Shown here piece by piece: positions 43,766 through 54,644 of a stretch of DNA of 64,000 nt. Below the pieces are notes generated by a model. That model searched no databases. It worked only from the letters and a program-made list of their open reading frames with translations, and was not told where the DNA came from. The DNA lies in assembly GCA_963758635.1 (NCBI GenBank), contig CAVWWD010000007.1, positions 425,743 through 489,742 of the forward strand. The letters run 5' to 3'. The stretch is from an uncultured Candidatus Rokubacteria bacterium. GTDB lineage: Bacteria; Methylomirabilota; Methylomirabilia; Rokubacteriales; CSP1-6. The number at the start of each line of letters is the position of its first letter. Position 1 is the stretch's first letter. Position numbers and translations under genes: made by a program.

Positions 43766-44053
43766 CCCGGACGGCGTCCCGTGGACGGGAAGCCGAGCAA
43801 GCGTGGAGGGCCACGCGTCCATCACGATCAGTTGGAGCGGCAGACCCCGACGATGACCCTGGCGAGTTCTTCCCGCTCCTCCTGCACAAGCCGCGGCGCT
43901 CGAAGTGCCAGTCGCCGACCTGGTGGACGGCACGAATGGCTGATCGCAATCGGATACGTCGAGGCGATAGGGGCAATCCCGAGCGCAATCCGACGCGTCG
44001 GTCTCATCGGGCCGCGCGGGAGACCGCGCTCGTCGCGACCCAACGAGGCGGGG

Positions 44054-44910
44054 TCACTCGATGACCTGATCCGCCCGCTGCAGCAGCGACGGCGGGATCG
44101 TGAGGCCGAGGGCCTTCGCGGTTCTCGCGTTGATGTGGAGCTCATATTTGCGCGGCAGCTGCACCGGCAGATCTGCCGGCTTCGTGCCTCTCAGGATTTT
44201 GTCGACATACGCCGCACCCTGACGCGCCGTCTCAAGGAGGTCGGTGCCAAGGCTAATAAGCCCCCCGACCGCCACGTTGTCAGGATGTCCGTAGGCTGAA
44301 GGCAGCCTGTTGGCAAGGGCTCCCGTGGCTATCGCAGCCCGATACGTCCAGGTGAGCCCTCCACTGATGACGAGAAGGCCCTGGGCCTGCTGCTTCAGGC
44401 GAGGAAGGATCGAATCGATCTCCTGCGGAGAGTCGATCGCCGCAGGCAGCACCTGAAGACCAAGGGAGGGCCCGAGACGACCGATCGCCTCCAGTGCAGG
44501 AGCCCCATTGGGATCGCTGCGCGCATAGAGGACGGCGACTCGAGTCATGCGCGGGGATAACTCTTTGAGTAGTTGTAGGCGCTTGCCATAGGCATCGGTC
44601 GATTCCGCGGCTGCCACACCGGTCATCGTCCCGCCTGGCCGTGCGACGCTCGATACCAGGCCGACTCCGGCGGCCCCCGACGGCCGATCAGGTAGGCTCG
44701 TGAGCGTCCGCTTGATCGCCACAGCACCCACGGTGCTCCACGCGACAATGACGTCGGGATCTGACGCGATGAGGTCGCGCGCCGCGCGTGTCACGTCCTC
44801 CGCTCGGGCATTCGTCCCGCGGTGGCTCACCAAGACGGTCTGTCCGATGTCATGCCCCTGTGCAGTCAATGCCTCGTCGAAGGCCCGTTGCTGTCCAAGC
44901 GTCGCGTCCG
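44054..44910 (-). pseudogene. COG2984 ABC substrate-binding protein lacking its N-terminus (copy F)
   Basis: PDVIVAWST, SVARPGGTMTG, YVDKILRGTKPADLPVQ, LGLTIPPSLLQRADQVIE. Confidence 0.82.
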
Positions 44911-45173
44911 CTGGGGCGCCGACGTGTCCTCAGAGCCGGGCGTAGTGGCATGGGGGTTAGGTTCTGGCACTGGTGCCCAGTCGCGTGGAGGAACACGGCG
45001 ACTTCCATCTCGTGGCCTGCAGCGTGCTGCCCTTCCGCGCGCGCGGCCCTACGGGCGCGGGAGCTGACCAGAGCGCGCGGCCGCGCGATCGGTGGCGAGC
45101 CGCGGGCGCGAGGACTACGCTGAGACGTGGCGCCGCTCGCTCCGACGCACAGGCGCGAGCGCGGGAGGCGCAC

Positions 45174-46808
45174 ATGAAGGCATCCGATCTCATCGCGGCC
45201 TGCTTGGATCGCGAGGGCGTCCGCCACGTGTTCGGCGTACCGGGCGAGGAGATCATGGCCATCCTCGACTCGCTGCACGACACGCGCGTGGCATTCGTGC
45301 CCACGCGCCACGAGCAGGGCGCGGCGTTCATGGCCGACGCGTGGGGCCGGCTCTCCGGCCGGGCCGGAGTCTGCCTGGGCACTCTCGGCCCGGGCGCGAC
45401 CAACCTCGCCACCGGCATCGCCGATGCGAACCTCGACCGCGCGCCGCTCGTCGCGATCACCGGCCAGGCCGGCCGCGACCGCGTCCACAAGGAGTCGCAC
45501 CAGTACGTGGACATCGTCGAGGCGCTCCGCCCGCTCACCAAGTGGAACACGCGCCTGGAGACCGCGGCGGTGATCCCGGAGGTCGTCCGCAAGGCCTTCA
45601 AGCTCGCGGAGTCCGAGAAGCCGGGCGCGTGTCACATCGAGGTGCCCGAGGACGTCGCCGAGGAGGCGGCCGACGGCGCCCCGCTGTCGACCGAGCGCGC
45701 GCGCCGCCCGTCTCCCGACCGCGCGGCGCTCGCCGCCGCGGCGCGCCTGATCGACGAGGCGCGATTTCCGTTGATCTTCGCGGGCAACGGCATCGTCCGC
45801 GGCGGCGCATCCGACGAACTCCGCGCCTTCGCGCGGCGCCACGGCATCCCGGTGGTGCACACCTTCATGGCCAAGGGCTGCCTGCCTCACGACGACGAGC
45901 TCTGCCTGCTCGCCGCCGGGCTGCAGGCGCGCGACTACGTGGCGTGCGGCTTCGACAAGGCCGACCTGATCATCTCGGTGGGCTACGACCCGGTGGAGTA
46001 CGCCCCCCAGCTCTGGAACCCCGACCGAAGCAAGCGCATCGTCCACGTCGACTTCACGCCCGCCGAGGTCGACAGCTACTACCAGCCTGCGGTCGAGGTC
46101 GTCGCCGACGTGCGCGAGGCGCTCGCGTTACTTGACGCGGAAGTTCAGGGAGTCAAGGACCCCGGGCCGTTCTCCGTGCTCCGCCGAGTGATCCTCGACG
46201 AGCTCGAGGACGGCGCGGACGACGACGCCTTCCCGCTCAAGCCGCAGCGCATCCTGCGCGATGTGCGCGCGGCGATGGAGCGGCACGACATCCTCGTGTC
46301 CGACGTGGGCTCCCACAAGCTCTGGGTGGCCCGCGTCTTCCCGGCCTATGAGCCCAACACCGTGCTCATCTCCAACGGCTTCGCGGCCATGGGCTTCGCG
46401 CTGCCCGCGGCGATCGCGGCCAAGCTGCTCCATCCGGAGCGGCGCGTGGTGGCGGTGAGCGGCGACGGCGGCTTTCTCATGAACGTCCAAGAGCTCGAGA
46501 CCGCGTGCCGGCTCGGCCTCGGCGTGGTCAACGTGATCTTCCGCGACGGCGCCTACAACCTGATCCAGTGGAAGCAGCACAGCCGCTACGGCCGCGAGAC
46601 CGGCGTCACCTTCGCGAACCCGGACTTCGCCGCGCTGGCCGAGTCCTTCGGCGCCCGCGGCTACCGGGTGGGATCGGCGCGCGAGCTGCCGGAGGCGCTC
46701 TCCCGCGCGCTGGCGCATCCCGGGCCCTCGGTGATCGACGTGCCGGTTGACTACGGCGAGAACGCCCGGCTCACCGAGCGGCTCGGCCATCTCGTCTGCC
46801 CGATCTGA
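45174..46808 (+). CDS. Acetolactate synthase large subunit-like TPP enzyme
   Basis: VFGVPGEE, RHEQGAAFMA, GPGATNL, SGDGGFLMNVQELET. Confidence 0.92.
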   Translation: MKASDLIAACLDREGVRHVFGVPGEEIMAILDSLHDTRVAFVPTRHEQGAAFMADAWGRLSGRAGVCLGTLGPGATNLATGIADANLDRAPLVAITGQAGRDRVHKESHQYVDIVEALRPLTKWNTRLETAAVIPEVVRKAFKLAESEKPGACHIEVPEDVAEEAADGAPLSTERARRPSPDRAALAAAARLIDEARFPLIFAGNGIVRGGASDELRAFARRHGIPVVHTFMAKGCLPHDDELCLLAAGLQARDYVACGFDKADLIISVGYDPVEYAPQLWNPDRSKRIVHVDFTPAEVDSYYQPAVEVVADVREALALLDAEVQGVKDPGPFSVLRRVILDELEDGADDDAFPLKPQRILRDVRAAMERHDILVSDVGSHKLWVARVFPAYEPNTVLISNGFAAMGFALPAAIAAKLLHPERRVVAVSGDGGFLMNVQELETACRLGLGVVNVIFRDGAYNLIQWKQHSRYGRETGVTFANPDFAALAESFGARGYRVGSARELPEALSRALAHPGPSVIDVPVDYGENARLTERLGHLVCPI

Positions 46809-47253
46809 TCGCTGGTGACGGCCCTCCCAACCCGTAGGCGTGCTCGTAGCGGCTCTTGCCGTCGCGGACGATCACTTCGGCGGTGCTGTGGTGTTCATCG
46901 CGCGCCGCGCGCCGGCAGCGCCGGCAACTCTCCCGCGATCCCGCCCCGCAGTCGCAGGCGAGCGCGACGACGGACTCACGCGGTGAAGATCCCGGCCAGA
47001 CCCCGGATCTCCTCGTAGAGCATCTCGCCTTGGCGCTTGGTCTCGCGGATGAACTGGCTTCGGGGATCAGCCGGCGGCGAGGCCGCCAGGCGAAGTCTAC
47101 GCCGCCAGCGCGATCCCCTGGAAGGGCACGGCGACGAACCCTCCCATGTGGGCACTTTCCGAGAAGGAACTGCCCTCACCGAGCGAGCTTCGCTCGAACG
47201 AAACGCAGCGGGCACTGTCGGAACCCGACGTTGCACGCGTTGCGCGGTGGGCG

Positions 47254-48117
47254 CTACGGGCGGCGGTGGAGGGTGACCACGTTCACGCCCACCTGCGTGT
47301 AGCGGCCGTCGAGCGCGCACCAGCGGCGCCATTCCCGCCGGACCGCATCGAACGGGTGGTCGAACTCTCCGGTCCGCTCCACCAGGTCGATGAAGTGGCC
47401 GTAGATGTCCTCGAAGAGCGCGAGCTGCCCGGGCGCGGACGACGCGACCACGACCTGCCGATGCTCCGCCACGTCCCAGAGCCCGCTCTTCGCCGCCATC
47501 TCCGGCAGCCGGTCCACGACATCGCGGCGCCGGCCCAGCGTCGCCTGGTGGTCCGTGTAGGCCTGGAAGAGCCCGCGGAACGCGGGCACGTCCGGCGCGA
47601 AGGTCCGGGCCGCGTCCCAGCAGTCGATGACCAGCGCGGCCCCGCCGGGGGCGGTGGCGAGGCCCACCTGCTCGAGCATCGTCTGCGGATCGGACAGGTG
47701 CTGCAGGAGCAAGCGCATGATCGCGAAGTCGTACCGGCCGGGCTCGTCCGCGACGTCGTGGCAGCGGAACTCGAGGTTCGGCGTCCCGGCCGCCTCGGCG
47801 GCGGCGATCTCCACCAGCTCGCGCGAGGTGTCGATGCCGCAGTACGTCTTCTCTGGGAAGATCGCGGCGATCCGGCGCAGGTAGTAGCCGTTGCCGGTGC
47901 CCACGTCGAGCACGGTGCGCGCCCGGCGCCAGCGCGCGCCTTCCCGGTACGCGCCGAGCTCCTTGCCGATGGCGAAGTCGACCTGGCGCCGCTGGAGCGT
48001 GTCCCAGATCGCCGCCACGCCCGCGTCGGCGGTGTTGAACTTCGCGTCGACCGCCTCCGCCTCCAGCAGCTCCGTGGCCGCCCGCCGCCCGTCCGTGTCC
48101 CGCTCGTCGGTGTCCAT
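47254..48117 (-). CDS. Class I SAM-dependent methyltransferase
   Basis: VLDVGTGNG motif I, GIDTS, YDFAIMRLLLQHL. Confidence 0.85.
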   Translation of the reverse strand: MDTDERDTDGRRAATELLEAEAVDAKFNTADAGVAAIWDTLQRRQVDFAIGKELGAYREGARWRRARTVLDVGTGNGYYLRRIAAIFPEKTYCGIDTSRELVEIAAAEAAGTPNLEFRCHDVADEPGRYDFAIMRLLLQHLSDPQTMLEQVGLATAPGGAALVIDCWDAARTFAPDVPAFRGLFQAYTDHQATLGRRRDVVDRLPEMAAKSGLWDVAEHRQVVVASSAPGQLALFEDIYGHFIDLVERTGEFDHPFDAVRREWRRWCALDGRYTQVGVNVVTLHRRP

Positions 48118-48147
48118 GCCCGCTCCTTCCGGCGCCCCCGCGCCCAC

Positions 48148-49288
48148 CTACTGCTCCACCGGGGTGTACATGATCAGGTAGTAGGCGGCGTGCGGTCGCT
48201 CCGGCGCGCCGATGATGCGCTTGCCCACCATGTTCGGCAGGTACGCGGTCTTCCGGTACTGGGCGATCGGATGGTTCTGGTTCAGCCGCAGCGGGACGCG
48301 GCTCCACGCGAAGCCGTCGGCGAAGATGATGCGCTCGGCCACCCGGTCGTTGTCGCGCACGAACTCGTCCAGGTTGTCCACGATCTCGTCATGGGAGAGG
48401 CCCAGCAGCAGGTCGGCGGCGGTGAGCGCGTCGGTCCCGTCGGCGCAGGGCAGCCGCCCCGCCCGGTTGTAGAGGCTCATGAACTCGTCGTTGGCGCTGT
48501 AGACCACCGCAGGCCCGTCCATGTCCTCCGGCCGGTAGCTCCGACCGCTCCGCTTCCGCCAGCGGATGCGCACCACGCTGTAGGGGTAGTAGGTCGTCCA
48601 CGCCGCGAGCATCCGCCCGGGGTCGAGGTACTTCGCCAGGTCCAGGATGTGGTCCGGCCGCCGCTGGAAATTCGCCAGCTCGATGTCCTGCAGCGCACGC
48701 TCCAGCTCGACGCCGAGGCGGTCCTCCTGGCGGCTCCATCGCCTCGATGAGGGTGTCGGGAATCGGGCTGTAGAGGTCGATCCGGGGGTGGGTCGTGCGC
48801 GCCAGGGTCTCGATCTGGTCGATCACGTCCTTGGCGTCCATCTGGTCGTAGCGGATGCGCGCCCAGCCCTGGAGGTAGATCGGTACCAGCTCGTCGGGGT
48901 CGCCCTTGACGAGGAGCAGCATCTCGTCCTTCAGCATGTTCCGCACTGCGAGCTCGAAGACGACGTTGACGTTCCGCTCGGTCAGGAGGCCGATGACGAT
49001 GTCGGCCTCGGCGATGGCCTTGATCACCTTGGGCGCCACGTCGCCCACGTTCAGGTTGTAGGCCTTGACGACGTGGGCGACGTCCTCGCCGGCGCCACGG
49101 GTCTTGACCGACACCTTGTTCTCGACCAGGTACCGGATCCGCATGAAGTCGAGCGTGGCTCGCCGGCGAGCCGTCTCTCGCGCCTCCTCGCTCTGGTCGC
49201 CGTGGTCGTCGCCACCGAACGACATCATCACGGCCACCTTCTTCGTGAACGGGAGCCGGTCGAGACGCGCTGTGTCGGATCCGATCAT
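48148..49288 (-). CDS. Nucleoside 2-deoxyribosyltransferase(NDT)/TIR-like domain fused to an unknown, possibly PAS-like C-terminal domain (frameshift near 48730)
   Basis: AGGAGG RBS; VMMSF...VIKAIAEADIVIGLLTERNVNVVFELAVR...RIRY; C-terminal VVYSANDEFMSLY. Confidence 0.62.
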
Positions 49289-49575
49289 TTGTCGTGTCCT
49301 CCTGGGCGTGGAGGAGTAGCAACAGACGCGCCATGGGTGCTCGCTAGCAGCGACGCGGGGTTGCAAGGCGCCCGGCCCCGCCGCCCGGGCGCTCGCCGCG
49401 GACCGGCCGCCCGAGTCGCCGGCATTCCACCCGATCCGGCGGCGGACGCCGACGCAGACCCAAGTGGGGTGACGCGTCGCGTGAGGCGGTCAGGCGGCTC
49501 GGGCGCGACGAGGGACCGTAGCGAAGCGCGGACCGCCAGCGGGCCCTCAGGAAATTGCGGCCCGTCGGCCGGCTC

Positions 49576-51090
49576 TCAGGAATCGGAGGCGCAGGAAAAG
49601 CGGACGCGGTCGAGGATGGTTTTCCCGCCGCGCGTTCTGACCACGTGCGTCGGAAGCGGGGCGAAGACCGGCTCGCGGGCTGCTCTCGACCGGGCGGACG
49701 CGGCTTTCCCCTTGAGTCGAGCGCTGGCGACCTTCCCGTGCTCCAGCAAGGTCCGGACGAACTGGTGGACCTCGTCGACGGTGGTGCGGGCGTCGGGCAG
49801 GTGACCCAGGACGACGGCGCGAGCCGCGCTGGCGCCCACCAGCACCGACTCGACGGCAGGGACCTCGACGCCCCTCAAGCGGCGGTCGAGCTTTCCGAGC
49901 GCGACGCTGCGGCGATGGATCGCCTTGGCCACGGCGCGCCCGCCGACCTCCTGTCCCAGCACCTTGAGGCGCCCGCCGCGCGCGCCGAGCCGCTCGAGCA
50001 GGTCGCGACGGGTGCGCGTGGCGAGGAGCGCGTGGCCCCCCGCCGCGTCGACCGTGGGCGCCGCGCCGTCCAGCCCCGAGGTCGGCGCCAGCATCACCGT
50101 GCTGCCGATCGCGATGTTGTGCGCGCCGAACGCGTCGCGGATGGCCGCGTGGCTGGCCCCGCCCGTCGCCGCCTCGTCGGCCAGGATCATGGCGCGGCCG
50201 ACGGCCTGGAAGAAGCGCGGCACCTCGGGCGCGGCCCGCGCCGCGGCGATCAGGAGCCGGCCCGCGGTCTGCGCGGCGGCGAGGAGCGCCTGCTCGTCCT
50301 GGGTCGCCTGCGCCGCGAAGACGTTGGAGACGGTGTCGTAGAAGCAGCCGGTGAAAATCCGTCCGAAGCTGTGCGCCTCGGGCGTGAGCGCGCCCGGGGG
50401 CCCGAACGGCGGCAGGTTGACGGGGATCTCCCACTGCAGCGTGTTGAGGGCGCGGCGCGGGACCGACTGGGGGTCGGCGGCGCCGGCGTCCGCCCGGATG
50501 CCCGCGGCCACGTCCTCGGCGAGGCTCTCGAGGACGTTCGGCGCGCGCAGCCCTCCGCCCGCGAGGACCGCCTGGCGCGTCGCCGCGTCGGACAGGCCGA
50601 CGAGCAGCGCCAGGCAGTCGGCGAAGGCCTCGTGGAACGCCGCCGTCTCCGTGTAGACGCTGTCCCATAGCTCGGGGCGGACGGCGTCGAGCAGCGCGTG
50701 GCCCACCTCGTGGGCCACGGCGTCCGTGCTCGCCGCCGGGTAGGTCTTCCGGACGCCGGCGTCCGCGGAGAAGAACTGGATGGCCGCGCGGTCGTAGTGG
50801 GCGTTCCACCCCGGTCCCGCGTCGTGCTCGAGGGGGATCAGGCGCTGGCCGTTCTGCCAGGCGGCGGGCGGGGCGGCGAGCGTTCCCCACGTCTCCAGCG
50901 CGGCCAGCGCGGCCTCCCGGCACTGCCAGAACCGGAACTCCGTGGTCTCGATCGCGTAGAGGTCCTCGGCGGCGGGCGCCGCGTAGCTGAACGCGGCCTG
51001 GAGCGCGGGCGGCTCCGGCCGGGGTGGCTGCTCGCGAAGCGGCAGGGCGTCCACGGCGAGCGGGTCGTTCGGAAGGAAGCGGATGGCCAT
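49576..51090 (-). CDS. Gluzincin metallopeptidase (M4/M36-like), no signal peptide
   Basis: WNAHYDR, DAVAHEVGHALLD, third-ligand FHEAFAD, EAHSFGRIF. Confidence 0.8.
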   Translation of the reverse strand: MAIRFLPNDPLAVDALPLREQPPRPEPPALQAAFSYAAPAAEDLYAIETTEFRFWQCREAALAALETWGTLAAPPAAWQNGQRLIPLEHDAGPGWNAHYDRAAIQFFSADAGVRKTYPAASTDAVAHEVGHALLDAVRPELWDSVYTETAAFHEAFADCLALLVGLSDAATRQAVLAGGGLRAPNVLESLAEDVAAGIRADAGAADPQSVPRRALNTLQWEIPVNLPPFGPPGALTPEAHSFGRIFTGCFYDTVSNVFAAQATQDEQALLAAAQTAGRLLIAAARAAPEVPRFFQAVGRAMILADEAATGGASHAAIRDAFGAHNIAIGSTVMLAPTSGLDGAAPTVDAAGGHALLATRTRRDLLERLGARGGRLKVLGQEVGGRAVAKAIHRRSVALGKLDRRLRGVEVPAVESVLVGASAARAVVLGHLPDARTTVDEVHQFVRTLLEHGKVASARLKGKAASARSRAAREPVFAPLPTHVVRTRGGKTILDRVRFSCASDS

Positions 51091-51142
51091 CGGCCGCTCA
51101 CCTCCTCCCGAACGCCCGCGCCGGCGTCACGCGGCGGCCGCC

Positions 51143-52499
51143 CTACGGGCCGGTGGTGAAGGTGACGGCGAGGTCATAGGCGGCCGCAGTATAGCCGTGC
51201 ACCATCACGAACGCGCGCGTCTGGCCCGTCGGCACGTCGAGCGCGCAGCTCTCCTCGGGGCCGGTCAGGAACGGCCGGCACGCGAAGCCGCCGGCGGCGC
51301 GCTGCGGGGCCTGGCCGAACCGCACGTAGAGGTCGGGATCGCCCGGCGACGTCCCGTCGCCGACCATCTTCACCTCGAAGCGCGAGCCCGGCGACACCGT
51401 GAACGGGCCGTGCATCTTCTCCTCGCCATTGCCCACGCGCTGGTCATTGAAGGCCTGGGTCCGCGGGCCGCACGCCGTGGGGTCGGTGACGGGGGCGGTG
51501 GGACAGATGCTCGGATCCGGCGTGAAGCCCTGGGCGGCGCCGTACAGGCACGCGGCGCCGTTGGCGTCGAAGTTCGTCAGGGCGAGCGACCAGTCGCCGC
51601 CGCCGTTGCACTGCGGGTAGTGCATGACCGAGAAGCGGTCGTACGAGGTGAGCGGCCGCCACTCGTTGTCCTCGAAGCACGTGCCGGACTCCGGCCGCGT
51701 GTGCTCGTGGCGCCAGCCCAGGGTGTGGCCCAGCTCGTGGCGGAGGATGCCGAGCAGCGAGAGCTTCCCGGCGGGATCCAGCCCGAACGACGAGTCGTCG
51801 ACCAGCACGTTGCGGGCGGCCCGCGGCTCGTTCGGGAAGAAGGCGCGGGCCAGGTACTCGCCGTTGACGTTGATCGGGCGCACGTCGAAGACCACGTTGC
51901 CGTTGCTGGCCGTGCACGTGGCGTCCTGCGTGGCCACGTGCACGAAGGCCACGTCGGCCACCTGCGACCACGCGGCGCCCGCGGCCTGCATGGCGCTCAC
52001 CATGCTCGCGTGCCGGGCGCCGAACGTCGTGCTCACGCAGTACGTGATCTGCCGCTTCTGCGTGTTGTTCCAGATCGCGTCCTGGCCGCCCGCGCGGGCC
52101 ACGATGAGCTGGCCGGGGCGCGTCTGGGGCGGCTCGCGCTTGATGCTGGTCTCGAAGAACTCCTGGAGCTGCTTCCGGTCGGCGATGGCGATGTCGCCGT
52201 TGACGATGTACTTGCCGCCCGGGAAGCTCTCCTTGAAGACGGTGCGCTCGAACTCTTCGAAGGTCTTGTCCGGCCCACGTCGCGCGCTGCGCGCGGTCCT
52301 TCCGGAGCACCTGGGCGCGCGCCGCCTCGAGCGACTCCGCGGTGGCGGGGACGGTGGCCGTCGCGGGGCGGATCTTGGGCCCGCGGGCGCCCATCGGCGG
52401 GGCGCCGGGCGGCGGGGCGCTGGTCTGGCAGCCCATCACGACGAGCAGGCCCAGCAGGGGGGCGACGACCAGCAAGAGGTATCGGGCTCGGTCACGCAT
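51143..52499 (-). CDS. Metzincin metalloprotease lipoprotein with C-terminal PPC domain (frameshift near 52270-52310)
   Basis: LLVVMGC lipobox, YIVNGD, HELGHTLGWRHEH, SVMHY Met-turn, GDPDLYVRFG...CRPFLTGPEESC. Confidence 0.85.
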
Positions 52500-52529
52500 T
52501 GACGTCCTCCTTGTCGAGGCGCTCGGGTG

Positions 52530-52937
52530 TCACGACCCGGCGCATGGCTCCTCCACCACGTTCAGCAGCTCGACGCCCGCGGCAACGGCCCGCGCGCGCT
52601 CGAGCAGCTCCCGCGCGCGGGCGGCATCGGCGAACTCGGCGCACAGACGCACCTCGCCCTCGAGACCGATCCGGGTTTGCTGGAGGCGCACGACCGTCCC
52701 GTCGCGTCGCGCGTCCTCGAGCATGGTGAGGACGCGCTGCCAGGCGCCGCGCGTGGCCTCGGGGACGCCGCGGCCGCGGGACAGCGCGTAGACGGCGAAG
52801 CTGGCGGTGGCCGCGCGGGGCGCGCGCTCCTCGCCGCTGCCGGCGCTAGGCGTGGCGCAGCCGGCCGCAGCCGCCCACGCGCTCACGAGCCACACGAGCA
52901 GGACCCGCCGGTTCCTTGCCGCGCCGCGCTCTCGCAT
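52530..52937 (-). CDS. Small hypothetical lipoprotein
   Basis: WAAAAGC lipobox; ALSRGRGVP, IGLEGEVRLC; two Cys in the mature domain. Confidence 0.6.
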   Translation of the reverse strand: MRERGAARNRRVLLVWLVSAWAAAAGCATPSAGSGEERAPRAATASFAVYALSRGRGVPEATRGAWQRVLTMLEDARRDGTVVRLQQTRIGLEGEVRLCAEFADAARARELLERARAVAAGVELLNVVEEPCAGS

Positions 52938-53107
52938 GCGCCGACCCACTCACGTTTTTGCCACCGCCCGCCCGGCCTTCGCCATTGGGGATTTCCCCGA
53001 CGCCGACCCCGGGGGCCGCCCGTGGCCTGGCGTCCGAGCTGCCGCGCGTGCCCCACGAATCCGCGCGCGGCACGGGGCGCGTACATGCGGGCAAGGAGGT
53101 ACTCGAC

Positions 53108-54614
53108 ATGCGAGACCACAGATGGCGTGTTCCACGGACGATGCTCTCCCTGCTGCTCGCCGCTTCGATGCTGGGGTCGGCCGCGCCGCCCGTGGGGGCG
53201 GCGAGCCACAGCGACGCCCCGCTGATCAAGCAGGATCCGCAGGCGAACCTCACGGACGTCTATGCGTTCGTGGGCCGGCGCTACGACGACCCGAACCGCG
53301 CCGTGCTCAACGTGGTCGTGCACGTGCGGCCGTTCTCGGAGCCGGGCGATGGCGTCATCTACGACCGGTTCGCCGACGACGCGCTCTACAGCATCCACCT
53401 GGCCCATCCCGGGACGGGGGCGGAGGTGAAGCGCTACGACTTCAAGTTCTCGTCCGTCACCAGCGGCTACAAGAACCTCGACACCATCCTGTCCTACGGC
53501 CGGGGCACGGAGGTGGGGCCCATCCAGTCCGTGGGCGACGCGCGCCAGAACTACACGCAGACCTACACGGTCACGCGAGGGAGCGGCCACTTCTCCGTGC
53601 CGATCGGTGTCGGGCTCCAGACCCCGCCGCCCAACGTCGGCAAGCGGACGACACCGGCGTACAACGACACGGCGGGCCGCGCCGTGTCCGGCGCGCCGAG
53701 CTTCGCCGCGCTCGACACCTACACGCGCCAGACCGTCTACCCGCTGCCGAGCGGCGAGGTCGTGTTCGCCGGCCCGCGCGAGGACGGCTTCTTCGCCGAC
53801 ACGCCGGGCATCTTCGACCTGCTCGACGGGCGCATCCTGGGGCCCGACGGGCTGGGCCAGACCGGCAACGGCGTGGACGGCTTCAAGGGCTTCAACGTCC
53901 TCGCCTTCGCCATCCAGATCCCGCTCGAGACGATCCCGGCCTTCGACTACACCGCGCCCTTCGGCGACCTGCGCCAGACGCTGCCGTCCCTGGCCGGCGC
54001 GCGCGGCATCGGCGTGTACGCCTCGGTCAGCCGCCCGCGGGTGGTGATCCGGACCGACGACGCCGCGCCGTTCAACGTGGGCGGGTGGATCCAGGTCAAC
54101 CGCATGGGCAACCCGCTGTTCAACGAGGTGCTGGTCGCGCTCCGGGACAAGGACCGCTACAACCGGACGGAGCCGACGGGGGACGCGCGGTTCGCCGGCT
54201 ACGCGGAGCGCCCCGAGCTGGCGACGCTCATCAACACCGTCTTCGGCACCGGCTTCACCACCACGGGCCGGGCCGACCTCCGCGCCGTGTTCATCCCCGA
54301 CGTGCTGCGCGTGGACACCACCACCGGCCCCGTCTCCCTGGCCGGCGAGGACGAGTTCAGCCGGCTGGGCTTCATCGGCGGCGATACCGCGACCGACGCC
54401 GCCGGGCGCGTGAAGTCGGCGGGCTGGCCGAACGGGCGGCGCCTCGGCGACGACGTGGTGGACATCGCGCTGACCGCCATCGCGAGCGGCCCCGGGTACC
54501 GGATCGGTGGTCGTCCTCGGCGACAACATCGACAGCAACGACCAGTTCTACAACCAGGTGTTCCCGTACTCGGCCACGCCCCACGCCGGGCCCACGAACC
54601 GGAAGGACCCCTGA
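53108..54614 (+). CDS. DUF4331-domain secreted protein (frameshift near 54500)
   Basis: AAGGAGGT RBS, signal peptide, ASHSDAP...TDVYAF, VFAGPREDGFF, QVNRMGNPLFNE, WPNGRRLGDDVVD, FPYSATPH. Confidence 0.88.
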
Positions 54615-54644
54615 GGGCGAGGGCAGGAGGAGGACGGTGCGCCG

